A DNA stretch of 64,000 bases from an uncultured delta proteobacterium (GTDB lineage Bacteria > Myxococcota_A > Polyangia > Polyangiales > Polyangiaceae), in assembly GCA_963696385.1 (NCBI GenBank), contig CAVOKF010000006.1:128001-192000 (forward strand), given 5' to 3'. Below the pieces are notes generated by a model that saw only the letters and a list, made by a program, of their open reading frames with translations, had not been told where the DNA came from and did not search any database. Shown here piece by piece: positions 11,710 through 22,522 of the stretch; position 1 is the first letter of the stretch; each line of letters opens with the position of its first letter. Made by a program: the position numbers and the translations under genes.

Positions 11710-13349
11710 CCACCGCCACCCTGGACACCGCCTTCTCCCGAGGGCCCGCTCGCGCCCCTGCACGGCCGGTCAACAAGTGGGTCGTGACCATCTCCGTGAC
11801 GTTCGGCACGCTCATGGGGGCGATCGATTCGTCGATCGTCAACGTCGCCATTCCCCACCTGCGCGGCGCCGTCGGCGCCACCGTCGAGGAGATCACCTGG
11901 GTCACCACCGGATTTGCGCTGGCCACCGTCCTCGTCATGCCGCTCACGGCGCTTCTGGGAAGACTGTTCGGTCAAAAGCGCGTCTACCTCGCCTGCCTCA
12001 TTCTGTTCGTCATCGGTTCGGGCCTCTGCGGAATGGCGCGCAGCCTTCCCACGCTCGTCGCCTTTCGCGCCATGCAGGGATTCGGCGCGGGCGCCCTCCA
12101 GCCCACCGAGCAGGCCATTCTGCGTCAGACCTTCCCGCCGAAAGAGCAAGGGATGGCGATGGCGCTCTTTGGGTTGGCGGTCATGATCGGCCCCGCCATC
12201 GGTCCAACGATCGGCGGCTACATCGTCGACCACTACAGCTGGCCGTGGATTTTCTACATCAACCTGCCTGTCGGTGTCCTCGCCGTCTTCATGGTCACGA
12301 ACTTCGTACACGAGCCGGAGGATATCAAGGAGGCCAACCGACTCGCGGCGGAGAATCAGCGCAAGAACATGGACTGGGCCGGCATCGGACTGCTCAGCGT
12401 GGGCCTGGTGTCGCTTCAATACGCCCTCGAAGAGGGCAACCAGGACGACTGGTTCGCATCGCCGCTCATCAGCGGGTGTTTCGTCGTCGCCGCCATTGCG
12501 ATCGCCTTTTTCATCGTGCGCGAGCTAACGGCGCCCGTACCGGCCGTCGATATTTCCCTTTTCCGGGATCCGGTATTTCTTTCGGGCACCCTCATCGGCG
12601 GCATCATGTTTGCGATGCTGATGGCCCTGACGTTTCTCTTGCCCGTGTTCATGCAGGAAGTGCTGGGCTTCACGGCCATGCAGTCGGGCCTCGCCCTGAT
12701 GCCGCGCACGATCGTCATGATGATCGCCACCCCGTTCGTGGGGCGCCTGTACAACAGGGTTCCCCCCCGTGTGTTCGTGGGTTTGGGCGTCGTGCTGTTT
12801 TGCATCAGCGCCTTCCAGATGAGTCACTACACGCTCGACACTTCGGCGAGCGGCGTCGTTTCGACGCTCTTCTTCCAGGGGCTGGCCTTCAGCTTTCTCT
12901 GGGTACCCCTCACGACCGTGGCGCTGTCCACCATATCGCGCCACAAGCTGGCCGACGCCACGGGATCCAATTCACTCGTGCGCCAGATCTCCGGTTCGGT
13001 CGGGCTCGCCATCTTTGCGACCATCCTTTCGCGCCAAGAGACTACGGCTCGGGCCGGACTGGCGGCGCATCTTTACGCCGGGCGACCGGAGGTCATCGCG
13101 CGACTTGCCATGGACCAGCAGCTGCTCGCGGGCCGCGGCGGGCTGGACGCCACCACCGCCGGCCGGGCCTCACTCGGCATGATGGAGTTGCTGGTCGACC
13201 GGCAGGCAACGGTTCTGGCCTTCGAAAAGATGTTCCTATTGTCCGGAATCCTCTTCGCACTGGTCTTGCCCCTGCTCTTTTTTCTCAAGGCGCCGAAGGC
13301 GATGAAGGCCGACAAAGCCGCGCCGGCCGACGTGCACGTGGAGATATGA
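11706..13349 (+). CDS. emrB: DHA2/EmrB MFS efflux permease
   Basis: IDSSIVNVAIP, GPAIGPTIGG, WPWIFYINLPVG. Confidence 0.92.
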   Translation: MTTATLDTAFSRGPARAPARPVNKWVVTISVTFGTLMGAIDSSIVNVAIPHLRGAVGATVEEITWVTTGFALATVLVMPLTALLGRLFGQKRVYLACLILFVIGSGLCGMARSLPTLVAFRAMQGFGAGALQPTEQAILRQTFPPKEQGMAMALFGLAVMIGPAIGPTIGGYIVDHYSWPWIFYINLPVGVLAVFMVTNFVHEPEDIKEANRLAAENQRKNMDWAGIGLLSVGLVSLQYALEEGNQDDWFASPLISGCFVVAAIAIAFFIVRELTAPVPAVDISLFRDPVFLSGTLIGGIMFAMLMALTFLLPVFMQEVLGFTAMQSGLALMPRTIVMMIATPFVGRLYNRVPPRVFVGLGVVLFCISAFQMSHYTLDTSASGVVSTLFFQGLAFSFLWVPLTTVALSTISRHKLADATGSNSLVRQISGSVGLAIFATILSRQETTARAGLAAHLYAGRPEVIARLAMDQQLLAGRGGLDATTAGRASLGMMELLVDRQATVLAFEKMFLLSGILFALVLPLLFFLKAPKAMKADKAAPADVHVEI

Positions 13350-14656
13350 CGATGGAAGCCGATGTCCGGAAGTCCCCGCTCGAAGGAAATTCCCCCGCGT
13401 CCGGCAGCCCCCGAGGGGCGGTGAATGTCTCCGACACCAACGGCCGCAACGCCGCCGCAGCCTTGTCCGAAACCGCGTCCCCACGCTGGACGGGGCGCGC
13501 CCGGCGCGGCTATACGGTCGTCGCCTTGGCCACGGTGGCCCTTCTCGGCGGGATCGGCGGCTACTACCTGCTCACCGTCAACCAGGAAAGCACCGACGAC
13601 GCCCAGGTCGGGGCCGACATCGTCCCAGTGGGAACGCGGGTCGCAGGGCTCATCGTGAGAGTGAACATCACCGAAAACCAATTGGTCAAGAAGGGCATGG
13701 TCTTGGCCGAAATCGACGATGCGGACTACTCCGCGCGCGATAAGGAGGCCGCGGCGGAGCTGAAGACCGCGCAGGCGCAAGCGGCCGCTGCCGATGCGCA
13801 GGTGCAAGTCGTGGAGGCCACTTCCAAGGGCGGTCTCACCAGCGCGCGCGCCGTCGTGAGCGGGTCCTCGGTTGGGGTGACGAGCGCACAGGCACAGAGG
13901 GAGGCCGCGCGCGCGGCGCTGACGCGCGCCGAGGTGGACGCGAAAAAAGCGGAGCTCGAACTGAACCGCGCCAAGGAGCTGCGTGCGGCAAACGCCATTC
14001 CTTCACAAAATCTGGACAACGCCCAGGCGGTCTTCGATGTGGCGACGGCTGCCGTCGCGCAGGCCCGCGCAGAAGTCACGCTCGCGGACCAAACCAGGAA
14101 CGCGGCGCTCGCTCAAGTCTCGGAAGCACAGGGCCGCCTCAGCCAAAGCGCACCGGTCGACGCCCAGATTGCGACCGCCCACGCGCAGGCCGATCTCGCC
14201 CATGCCCACGTCGAGAGTGCCAAGGCCGCGCTCGACCTAGCGGATCTGCAGTTTTCGTACACCAAGATCGTCGCGCCCGCCGATGGCATTGCCTCGCGGC
14301 TCACGGTTCATCCGGGGCAACTCGTCACCGTCGGTCAGCCTGTCATCGAGCTCGTGCCGACCGCAACCTACGTCGTGGCCAACTTCAAAGAAACGCAGCT
14401 CGGAAGGATGCACGCCGGACAGAAGGCCGAAATCAGCGTCGATACCTATCCGGGCCGCACATTCGAGGGCAGGATCGAGAGTATCTCGGGCGGAACGGGG
14501 TCGAGCTTCTCGCTTTTGCCGGCCGACAATGCGACGGGCAATTTCGTGAAGGTCGTGCAGCGAGTGCCCGTGCGCATCGCCTGGGTGAACCTTCCCGAGT
14601 CGGCACCGATGCGGGCGGGGCTCTCGGCGGACGTGACCGTGCGGGTCGGCCAGTAA
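13346..14656 (+). CDS. emrA: HlyD/EmrA membrane fusion protein
   Basis: STDDAQV, ANFKETQL, FSLLPADNATGNFVKVVQRVPVRI; ATGA overlap with emrB. Confidence 0.92.
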   Translation: MTMEADVRKSPLEGNSPASGSPRGAVNVSDTNGRNAAAALSETASPRWTGRARRGYTVVALATVALLGGIGGYYLLTVNQESTDDAQVGADIVPVGTRVAGLIVRVNITENQLVKKGMVLAEIDDADYSARDKEAAAELKTAQAQAAAADAQVQVVEATSKGGLTSARAVVSGSSVGVTSAQAQREAARAALTRAEVDAKKAELELNRAKELRAANAIPSQNLDNAQAVFDVATAAVAQARAEVTLADQTRNAALAQVSEAQGRLSQSAPVDAQIATAHAQADLAHAHVESAKAALDLADLQFSYTKIVAPADGIASRLTVHPGQLVTVGQPVIELVPTATYVVANFKETQLGRMHAGQKAEISVDTYPGRTFEGRIESISGGTGSSFSLLPADNATGNFVKVVQRVPVRIAWVNLPESAPMRAGLSADVTVRVGQ

Positions 14657-15957
14657 TGCGCGCACTAGGCCTTTGCGCAACGATCGTCGTGGCCGTGCTC
14701 GAACCGCGGGTCGCGCAAGCGGAACCCTCGGTTCGCACCATCACGGTGGAGGAGGCCGTCGATCTGGCGATGGCCTCCAACCCGCGGCTGCTCGCCAGAC
14801 AAGCGAGCGTGCGGGGCGCCCGGGAGCTGGAGGATTCGGCCACCGCCCGAATGCTTCCTTCGGTACACGTCTTCGACGAATTCCAGTATTACAATAGCGA
14901 CTTCGAGATCCCGTTCGGTGGCGAGAAATTCAGCGTGAGACGGCAAGGCATCAACACGCTGGCCGTCTCGGCGGATCAACCCATCATGGGGCTCTTCCAT
15001 CTGTCGCACGAACAGGCCGCGCAGGCGCGTGCCGCCGACGCGACCGAGGCCGAGCTCGCGACGGCACGAGCCGACGTGAAGGAGGTGGTCGAGGTGGGCT
15101 ACCTTCACCTGTTCGAGGCCAAAGCGCTCGAGGACATCGCCCAATCTTCCGAGGAGCAGCTCGCCGAGCAGGTGCAGGTCACCCTCGCGCGGGTGAACGC
15201 GGGAGTCTTGACGAACGCGGACCTGCTGCGCGTTCAGGTGGCCGTCGCCAACGCAAAGCAGCAAGAGATTCTCGCACACACGCAAGGACTGGTGGCGCAG
15301 GCCGGCCTCTTGGCGACTCTCGGGCTGCCGATGGACGGTCAAGGGTTCGAATTCGTGGAGCCCAAGTCGCTGCTCGCCCGGGCGAGCGCGGCGCTGCCCG
15401 CGCTGAGCGACGCGCAACGCGACGCCATGCGCTCGAGGCCGGAACTCAAACGGCTCCGATTGCAGGTCGAGTCGCTCGACCACACCCGCCACGCCCGGAT
15501 GCTGTCACTGCTCCCCGACGTCGATGCCGAGGCGGCCTACAATCACCTGGACGGCCAGATCCTCGCTCCCACCAACGCGGTGTTCGTCGGTTTGAAGGTC
15601 AACTGGAATGTCTGGGAGTGGGGTGCCTTATGGCACGCGCAGAAGGCCGCCGAGGAGCAGACGACCGTCCTCGAGCACGACCTCGAAGATCAGGGGCGCC
15701 AGATCGGTCTCCAAGTGGCGACGGACCTCGCGGAGGCGCGCGCCGCGACGAGCGCCGTCGACGTGGCGCGCGAAACCATCGCGAGCGCCGAAGAGGCCTA
15801 CCGGGTGACCGCAGCCTTGCTCAAGGCGGGGAGCGCGACGACGACCGACCTACTCGACGCCCAAGCGGCACTTACCCAAGCACGCCTGAACCTCATCCGC
15901 GCACAGTACGAACAAGCCATCGGGCAAGTCGCGATTGCCCGGAGCTTGGGGCAATGA
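14656..15957 (+). CDS. TolC-family outer membrane efflux protein
   Basis: Signal peptide, AMASNP, G..T..DLLDAQ..L..AR repeats; operon context. Confidence 0.88.
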   Translation: MRALGLCATIVVAVLEPRVAQAEPSVRTITVEEAVDLAMASNPRLLARQASVRGARELEDSATARMLPSVHVFDEFQYYNSDFEIPFGGEKFSVRRQGINTLAVSADQPIMGLFHLSHEQAAQARAADATEAELATARADVKEVVEVGYLHLFEAKALEDIAQSSEEQLAEQVQVTLARVNAGVLTNADLLRVQVAVANAKQQEILAHTQGLVAQAGLLATLGLPMDGQGFEFVEPKSLLARASAALPALSDAQRDAMRSRPELKRLRLQVESLDHTRHARMLSLLPDVDAEAAYNHLDGQILAPTNAVFVGLKVNWNVWEWGALWHAQKAAEEQTTVLEHDLEDQGRQIGLQVATDLAEARAATSAVDVARETIASAEEAYRVTAALLKAGSATTTDLLDAQAALTQARLNLIRAQYEQAIGQVAIARSLGQ

Positions 15958-16177
15958 TTCCCTCGACGGCGCGCACGGCGGTCGACGACCACCACCAGGG
16001 ACTCGAGATCTTGCCGGTTCTCAACAAGATCGATCTTCCGGGAAGTGTCGCGCAGCCTAGCCGCGTGCGAGGGGGTGGGTGGGATCCGAGCGCATTCGCG
16101 GCCCGCGGCCCTGAACGATCGGCACGCGAATCTCGCAGCTCCCTGTCGTGGGTCCTTGGGTGGGTCCGGCCCTCTAC

Positions 16178-16646
16178 TCAGTACTTTCGCCATGAGCGCG
16201 CTGCCCACCCGCAGATAGCCCGACTCGTCGAGGTCGCCGATCACGGCGGGGATCGTATTGCCGAGCATTTTCTTCCAGCCCGGCCCCATCATCGCCTTCG
16301 CGAGGATGGATCCGCCGATGCCGGTAAAGCCGGTGTGCTCGAACGTGAGCCGCGTCCCGGATGCGTGCGGCTCAAGCCGGTAGGTCACGAGCGTCGGCTT
16401 TCCGTTGTCGTCGCCCACCCACGACATGCGGAGTACCGATGGCTCGCGTGCCTCGAGAACTTCGCACTCGACGAACCCGCGCCATCCCCGCTCCGGCTTG
16501 GCCACATATCTGAAGTGGTTGCCTGCGACGGGCTCGAACCCCTCGGGGCGCATCCCCCAGAGCGCCATCAGCGCGGGAACGGTCAGCACGCGCCAGACCT
16601 TCGATGGCGGGTGCGCGTAGTCGCGCAGGATGCGAATGTCGCTCAT
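16178..16646 (-). CDS. SRPBCC/AHA1 domain protein (true stop probably 16178 after a 1-nt shift)
   Basis: RDYAHPPSKVWRVLT..ECEVLEAREP..GTRLTFEHTGF..MGPGW. Confidence 0.8.
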
Positions 16647-16858
16647 CGACGGTCCTCGAGCGTGGCTCCGGCGGCGACGGTGTTCATGGTCGGCGTCTCC
16701 TCTTCGGACGGGGAGTCCCGTCGAGGCCTGGGTTCGTCGATCGCCTTACGCTCTTTCGCTTCGTTCGGCTGGTCGGCCGTCCGATATGTCAAGAGCCGGC
16801 ACCGGATGCCATCGCGTTCGATCTGGACGTGGGGTGTGCCGGGGCTACGCTGCCCGTC

Positions 16859-18805
16859 GTGCCGGAAACCGCTGCGACTTCTCCCAGGCCGTCTCCCCGA
16901 AAACCTTCCGGCGACGCTGCGAAGCCTCCGTACGCGTCGCTCTTGCGATGGGTCCTTCTGGCGCTGTTTCTCGCGGGGGGCTGGGCCTATCAAATCCACG
17001 ACGCAAAGGAAGAAGCCGTACCCGAGATCCGATACAGCGACGTCTACGCGCTGCTCGACTCCAGCAAAGTCGATTCGGTCACCCTGAGAGGCCTTCAGAT
17101 CCGCGGGAAGCTGAAGGACGCCGAGAAGGTCGATGGCCAATCGGTCACCACGTTTCGCTCGCTTCTGCCCGCGGTGGAGGACCGGGCCTTCCTGCCGTTG
17201 CTTCGCGAAAAGGGAGTTGCCGTCACGGTGAGGAGCGAAGAGCAGACCCCGCTGGTCCGCATTCTTACGGCCGTTCTCCCTTGGGTCCTCATCCTCGGGG
17301 CGTGGGTCTGGATGTCGCGTCAGGCCGCGGGCGCCATGGCGGGTGGACCGATCGGGCGGATGCTCACGGGCCGGTCCACCCGCGTGGATCCCGCCGCGCG
17401 GGTGCAGGTGAAGTTCGACGACGTGGCGGGCCTGAAGAGCGCGAAGCGCGACCTCAGTGAGATCGTCGACTTCCTGAAGGCTCCCGCTGACTTTCGCCGG
17501 TTGGGTGGAAAGGTGCCGCACGGCGTCCTGCTCGTAGGACCGCCGGGAACGGGCAAGACGCTGCTCGCGCGAGCGGTCGCCGGAGAGGCGGGCGTTCCGT
17601 TTTTCTCGGTGACCGGCTCCGAATTCATCGAGCTTTTCGTGGGTATGGGCGCCAAACGTGTCCGTGACCTCTTCGAGCAGGCCAAGCAGGTGTCGCCCGC
17701 AATCGTCTTCATCGACGAGATTGATGCCGTGGGTCGATCGCGAGGCGCTGGATTGGGCGGAGGCAACGACGAGCGCGAGCAGACTCTGAACCAGCTCCTG
17801 TCCGAGATGGATGGCTTCTCCCGCAACGAACTGACGATCGTCCTTGCGGCCACCAACCGGCCAGATGTCCTCGATCCGGCTCTGTTGCGACCGGGCCGTT
17901 TTGACCGACGCGTGATCGTCGACCGACCGGAGCTGGCCGCTCGCACGTCGATCCTCGCCGTGCACACGCGGGACAAGCCCCTCGCCCCTGACGTGGACCT
18001 CGGGGTCGTTGCAGCGATGACTGCGGGATTCTCCGGCGCGGATCTTGCCAACCTGGCCAACGAGGCCGCGTTGGGGGCGACACGGCGCAAGGCCGACGCG
18101 ATCCAGGCCAGCGATTTTGCCGCCGCCTACGACAAGATCGTGCTCGGCGATCCTCGCGAGGCCAAGCTCGACAAAGTCGAGCGCGAGCGTGTGGCCATCC
18201 ACGAGTCGGGCCACGCCGTGGCCGCCTTCTTCGAGCGGCTGGCAGAGCCGCCGGCCCGCGTAAGCATCATCCCGCGCGGAATGGCGCTCGGGGCCACGCA
18301 GCAGACCCCTGGAGTGGATCGGCACCTGTTGTCGCAGCCCGAACTCGAAGCGAGACTTCGGGTTCTCATGGGTGGATACGCGGCGGAATCGCTCGTGCTC
18401 GGCTCCGTCTCCTCCGGAGCCGCCGACGACCTGCGCAAGGCGACGGAGATTGCGTTCGAGATGGTCGGTCACTACGGCATGAGCGAACTGCTGGGGCCGG
18501 TCTTCTACGAGCACCGGACCTCGCAGCCGTTTCTGGGGCAGCAGATTGCCCTCGAGGGAACAACGAGCGACGCGACTGTGCACACCATCGAGCAGGAGAC
18601 CGGTAGCCTGCTGAACGAGGCTCTGCGTACGACACGCAACGTCCTATCGACGCACCGGTCCGCCCTCGATGCGCTCATCGCCGCGCTTCTTGCGCACGAG
18701 ACACTCGAAAAGGACGAGTTGACCCGGTGCTTGAGTGCGGCGTCTTTGCCGGAGGCCGGTGCGCCCTCCGGATTGTCGGGGGCAGGCCCGACGCAACTCG
18801 CATAG
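16859..18805 (+). CDS. ftsH: ATP-dependent zinc metalloprotease FtsH (start uncertain)
   Basis: Two TM segments, [18 protein letters not shown] motif, HESGH. Confidence 0.93.
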   Translation: MPETAATSPRPSPRKPSGDAAKPPYASLLRWVLLALFLAGGWAYQIHDAKEEAVPEIRYSDVYALLDSSKVDSVTLRGLQIRGKLKDAEKVDGQSVTTFRSLLPAVEDRAFLPLLREKGVAVTVRSEEQTPLVRILTAVLPWVLILGAWVWMSRQAAGAMAGGPIGRMLTGRSTRVDPAARVQVKFDDVAGLKSAKRDLSEIVDFLKAPADFRRLGGKVPHGVLLVGPPGTGKTLLARAVAGEAGVPFFSVTGSEFIELFVGMGAKRVRDLFEQAKQVSPAIVFIDEIDAVGRSRGAGLGGGNDEREQTLNQLLSEMDGFSRNELTIVLAATNRPDVLDPALLRPGRFDRRVIVDRPELAARTSILAVHTRDKPLAPDVDLGVVAAMTAGFSGADLANLANEAALGATRRKADAIQASDFAAAYDKIVLGDPREAKLDKVERERVAIHESGHAVAAFFERLAEPPARVSIIPRGMALGATQQTPGVDRHLLSQPELEARLRVLMGGYAAESLVLGSVSSGAADDLRKATEIAFEMVGHYGMSELLGPVFYEHRTSQPFLGQQIALEGTTSDATVHTIEQETGSLLNEALRTTRNVLSTHRSALDALIAALLAHETLEKDELTRCLSAASLPEAGAPSGLSGAGPTQLA

Positions 18806-18834
18806 CCTCCAGGCGTGCCTTGCCGCGCTCGGTC

Positions 18835-19197
18835 CGCCCCGATCCATGGCCGTGAACGACGAGTGCATCGGACGCACCTACGCGGCGACGCGAAGAGGGG
18901 ACCCACGCCCCGATCCATGGCCGTGAACGACGAGTGCATCGGACGCACCTACGCGGCGACGCGAAGAGGGGACTCACGCCCCGATCCACGGCCGTGAACG
19001 ACGAGTGCATCGGACGCACCTACGCGGCGACGCGAAGAGGGGACCCACGCCCCGATCCATGGCCGTGAACGACGAGTGCATCGGACGCACCTACGCGGCG
19101 ACGCGAAGAGGGGACCCACGCCCCGATCCATGGCCGTGAACGACGAGTGCATCGGACGCACCTACGCGGCGACGCGAAGAGGGGACCCACGCCCCGA
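18835..19197. repeat. Five near-identical 71 bp tandem repeats
   Basis: GATCCA(T/C)GG recurs at 18841, 18912, 18983, 19054 and 19125. Confidence 0.95.
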
Positions 19198-19217
19198 AGC
19201 CATCCTGCGGGACCCGC

Positions 19218-19400
19218 TCGGCGGTCACGGCAGGGTTCGATGCTTCAGATCGGATTTGGAGGAGGTGTCTCGAATCGGTCGTGCGGCCGTCGTCGCATGC
19301 TGACCGAGCTTGTCGGCGGTCACGGCAGGGTTCGATGCTTCGAGATCGGATCTGGAGGAGGTGTCTGGAATCGCTCGTGCGATCGGATGCTGACCGAGCT
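19218..19400. repeat. Two imperfect ~90-95 bp tandem repeats
   Basis: TCGGCGGTCACGGCAGGGTTCGATGCTTC...ATGCTGACCGAGCT occurs twice. Confidence 0.85.
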
Positions 19401-19459
19401 CGGTGTCAGCCAGAGGGTCCCGGTCGCCGAACTCCCGTGAGCGAGCCTCGCGCGGGTCG

Positions 19460-20059
19460 CTACGTCGGGCCGTTCGCAGGCATCGCGCCGAACCAACGCG
19501 CGTCCGCGAACGACGACGTGATCGTATAAATGCACGTGGCGGCGCCCTTGCGAAAGCACGCCGTCTGCGCCACCGAGCCCGGGCAGCCGACTGCCGTGAG
19601 AGCGCCGGCGAGGATGCCCTGCTCCATGATGCAATGGTGCGGAGTAGTCTTCTCCAGTTCGGCGTAGCCCGCTTCGAAGCGAAGGACTTTCCACCCACCG
19701 ATGGCCATCCCGCGGTTCGCGTGGTGGTACATCGCGTCGATGCCGTAGACGATGTCTCGGGCACAATGGGCCGTCTCGACGACGCGCTCCTTGTGGGTCA
19801 TGTCGAAAAGCGTCCGTCCCATGCGCAGAAGGCCGTAGTGACCGAGGGTTTGATCAATTTTCTCCATCAGATCGAGCAGCCACCCGATCGGATACCAGCC
19901 GTTCGGATCGATCTCGGCGATGCGACGGCTCTCTTCCGCCCCGAGCAATTGCTCGGGCAGTTTCAAGATGCGGTGCACGGCCAGAATGTCCGAGCCGAGC
20001 GTCTCGTGCCGGCGTCCGATGTATCCGCGGGGGCGCCTCATGGCTGGGGTCATGGCCAA
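19460..20059 (-). CDS. Hypothetical protein with a V4R-like C-terminus
   Basis: Protein-like composition; HHC..EQGILAGAL..QTACFRKGAATCIY. Confidence 0.65.
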   Translation of the reverse strand: MAMTPAMRRPRGYIGRRHETLGSDILAVHRILKLPEQLLGAEESRRIAEIDPNGWYPIGWLLDLMEKIDQTLGHYGLLRMGRTLFDMTHKERVVETAHCARDIVYGIDAMYHHANRGMAIGGWKVLRFEAGYAELEKTTPHHCIMEQGILAGALTAVGCPGSVAQTACFRKGAATCIYTITSSFADARWFGAMPANGPT

Positions 20060-20516
20060 TCCTTCTGCCGCGCTTAGCGGGCGCGCCGACGCCGCTGCAC
20101 GGCGCCGGTGGCGAAACGCTCTACGATCATTGTAACGGGGTAGCGTCCTCGACGCGCACGCATTTTCCGAGCGCGGGGGACCGCCGTGGCGACAACGTAT
20201 CCAAAGGGAAGACGACCGACATGGCGCGATTCAAAACTTCCGCACATTTGGTTTCCTGGGCGGGGCGCTGCCCTCGCGCCGAGGAAAGCGCCGGCAGACG
20301 ACGCTCGACTCGCATTCGCCGCGGGGCTCCGTGGCTCATGACCACCCTCGTGCAGTGCGCCTGGGCAGCCATTCGCACCAAGGACTCTTAACCTGCGCGC
20401 CCAGTTTCATCGCCTCAAGTCCCGCGTTGGGCTCATGAAGGCGATCGTCGCCGTAGCCCCCCTCGATGCTCACAGCCGCGTACCACGTGCTCACAACTGG
20501 CAGCGAATACAAGGAC

Positions 20517-20627
20517 CTAGTGCACGTGCGCGAGGTAGGGCCAAGCATACTCGCGCAAAGATCAGCGCGCTGGCCAGACGGATCGAGCTCGTTGATAGTG
20601 GATGGCATCTGGCGCACGGTGCACTAG
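20517..20627 (+). mobile_element. MITE-B copy 1
   Basis: CTAGTGCAC...GTGCACTAG; near-identical to 21999-22110. Confidence 0.85.
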
Positions 20628-20723
20628 TACCTCGATTCCGCGGAATGGAAGGGTCGTTTTCCGCGATATTCCCGACGGGATCGGGTGGTCTCACCCCTCC
20701 GTTTCATGGAATCGGGGTACTAG
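20624..20723 (+). mobile_element. MITE-A copy 2
   Basis: Matches 10348-10447. Confidence 0.9.
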
Positions 20724-21906
20724 TTCCGCTGGGCAGAAATTTGGCCAGATTCCGCGTTTCACGATAGCGGAGCGGCATGATCAATTACGCGGCGTTGGCG
20801 CACCGTCGGCACGGCGGGCGCCCGACGGTGCCGCTTGTGCTCTCGGCCGAAGAGCGGGCGAGGGTGGAGGCGGCCATGCGCCCTGCGACGGCCGAGCAAC
20901 GGATCGTACGTCGGGCGACGGCCCTACTGATGATGGCGGACGCGGTGCCGGGGACGGACATCGCCCGCGCGGTGGGGGTGCACATTCGCACGGTGCAGGA
21001 GTGGCGTCGGCGCTTTGATGCCGAGCATCCGGCCGACACGCTTGCGGACGCCCCGCGCTCGGGACGCCCGCCTCTCTCTCTCGGACGCCGACGCCGCGCG
21101 CATCGAGGCCGAGGCGTGCCGTCCACCCGAAGATGTAGGCGTGCCGGTCACGCACTGGTCGGAATCGTTGCTCGGCGAGCACGTTCGCCAGCAGGGGATC
21201 GAGGTCAGCGACCGCACCGTGGGGCGCATCCTGCACGACGCCGACCTTCAACCTCATCGCCAGAAGATGTACCTGACGTCGCACGACGAGGAGTTTCGCT
21301 GAGAAGCGCGATGACGTGTTGCGCCTCTACTACGAGACGCCCACCGACGAGCGCATTATCTGCCTCGATGAGAAGACGGGCATCCAGGCGATCGAGCGCC
21401 GCTACGCGGACATCCCCATGCAGTCGGGGCAGCCGGTGCGCCGCGAGTTCGAATACATCCGTCACGGCACGCTCTGCTGGATGGGTGCATTCGACGTGCG
21501 TCGCGGTCGCCCCTTCGGCTTCGCCTCCTGCGACCACAACAGCGATACCTTCATCGACCTGCTCGATCTCGTGAACCTCTGCTACCCGGCCGGGCGCGGG
21601 CACTTCGTGATGGACAACCTGTCCGCCCACGACACGCCCGACGTCAACGAGTGGCTCGACGAGCACCCGCGTTGGACCCGACACTTCACGCCCAAGCACG
21701 CATCGTGGCTCAACCAGATCGAGTGCTGGTTCTCCATCCTTCAGCGACGCGTGATCGCTCGAGGTTCCTTCTCCTCGACCGAGCAACTCGCCGAGCGGCT
21801 CAACGCCTACGTCCTCTGGCACCTGCGCACTGACCAGCCCTTCCACTGGTCCTACCGCCCCAAGTCGTGGGGCGAATCCGGTGGGACTTCCGCCGAGCGG
21901 AACTAG
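20720..21906 (+). mobile_element. IS630-family element; transposase 20777..21906 with two frameshifts (~21075 CT run, ~21295 T run)
   Basis: IR TAGTTCCGCT.GGC.GAA; HTH 'VQEWRRRF..LADAPRSGRP'; DDE 'CLDEKTGIQ', 'VMDNLSAH', 'SWLNQIECWF'. Confidence 0.9.
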
Positions 21907-22002
21907 TACCTCGATTCCGCGGAATGGAAGGGTCGTTTTCCGCGATATTCCCGACGGGATCGGGTGGTCTCACCCCTCCGTTTCATGGAATCGGGGTACT
22001 AG
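21903..22002 (+). mobile_element. MITE-A copy 3
   Basis: Matches copies 1 and 2. Confidence 0.9.
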
Positions 22003-22110
22003 TGCACCGTGCGCGAGGTAGGGCCAAGCATACTCGCGCAAAGATCAGCGCGCTGGCCAGACGGATCGAGCTCGTTGATAGTTGATGGCATCTGGCGCAC
22101 GGTGCACTAG
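21999..22110 (+). mobile_element. MITE-B copy 2
   Basis: CTAGTGCACCGTGCGC...GCGCACGGTGCACTAG. Confidence 0.85.
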
Positions 22111-22368
22111 GCGCTGCACACTTCGATCGACGAGACCACGCCAAGCTCGCCAAACGGCTCGTACTACGCCTCGAAGGCCTGGGCCTCAAGGTCTCCGTCC
22201 CCCAAGCGGCGTAGGCCTCGGGTTTCTTGCTAGGCGCGCCAGCCGGCGGGCGCTGGACGGCGCGGTGCGGGAAAAGACAGTCAGCCGTGCGCGTCTCGTT
22301 ACTTGAAGGACTCGCGGGCAGGTTTTTTTTCATCCTTAATTGGCCATTCCGCGCGTCGCCTAAACTAA

Positions 22369-22468
22369 GGCGCCGTCCGTAAATAATGGAACGGATTGGG
22401 CGCGCGCCGATAGACCTTCCTCGATACTGGAGAGCGAGATTACAGGTCCGTAATTCATGGACGACGCC
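22369..22468 (+). mobile_element. MITE-C copy 1 (100 bp, TAA duplication, IS5-like ends)
   Basis: IR GGCGCCGTCCGTAAATAA vs (rc) GGCGTCGTCCATGAATTA; TAA on both sides. Confidence 0.8.
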
Positions 22469-22522
22469 TAAGCGCAACGCGGGGCCAATCCGCAGCGAGA
22501 CGCAGACCTGCTTGGCGTCATC

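Larger units (their letters stand above)
20218..22233 (+). pseudogene. 3' remnant of an IS110-family transposase plus right end, interrupted at CTAG by a five-element stack
   Basis: DMARFKTSAHLVSWAG.CPR.EESAG..TLVQCAWAA..LRAQFHRL..KAIVAVA..EYKDL|GAAHFDRRDHAKLAKRLV.RLEGLG..AA*, then GTTTCTTGCTAG. Confidence 0.85.

Noticed and set aside
11660..13345. 998-aa EmrA fusion
   Set aside because: The N-terminal part is an off-frame overlap of emrB; the real start is 13346.
16643..18583. 646-aa minus-strand ORF
   Set aside because: Antisense shadow of ftsH, common in high-GC DNA. Likewise 36566..38116, 43253..44782, 44770..46344 and 46548..48767.
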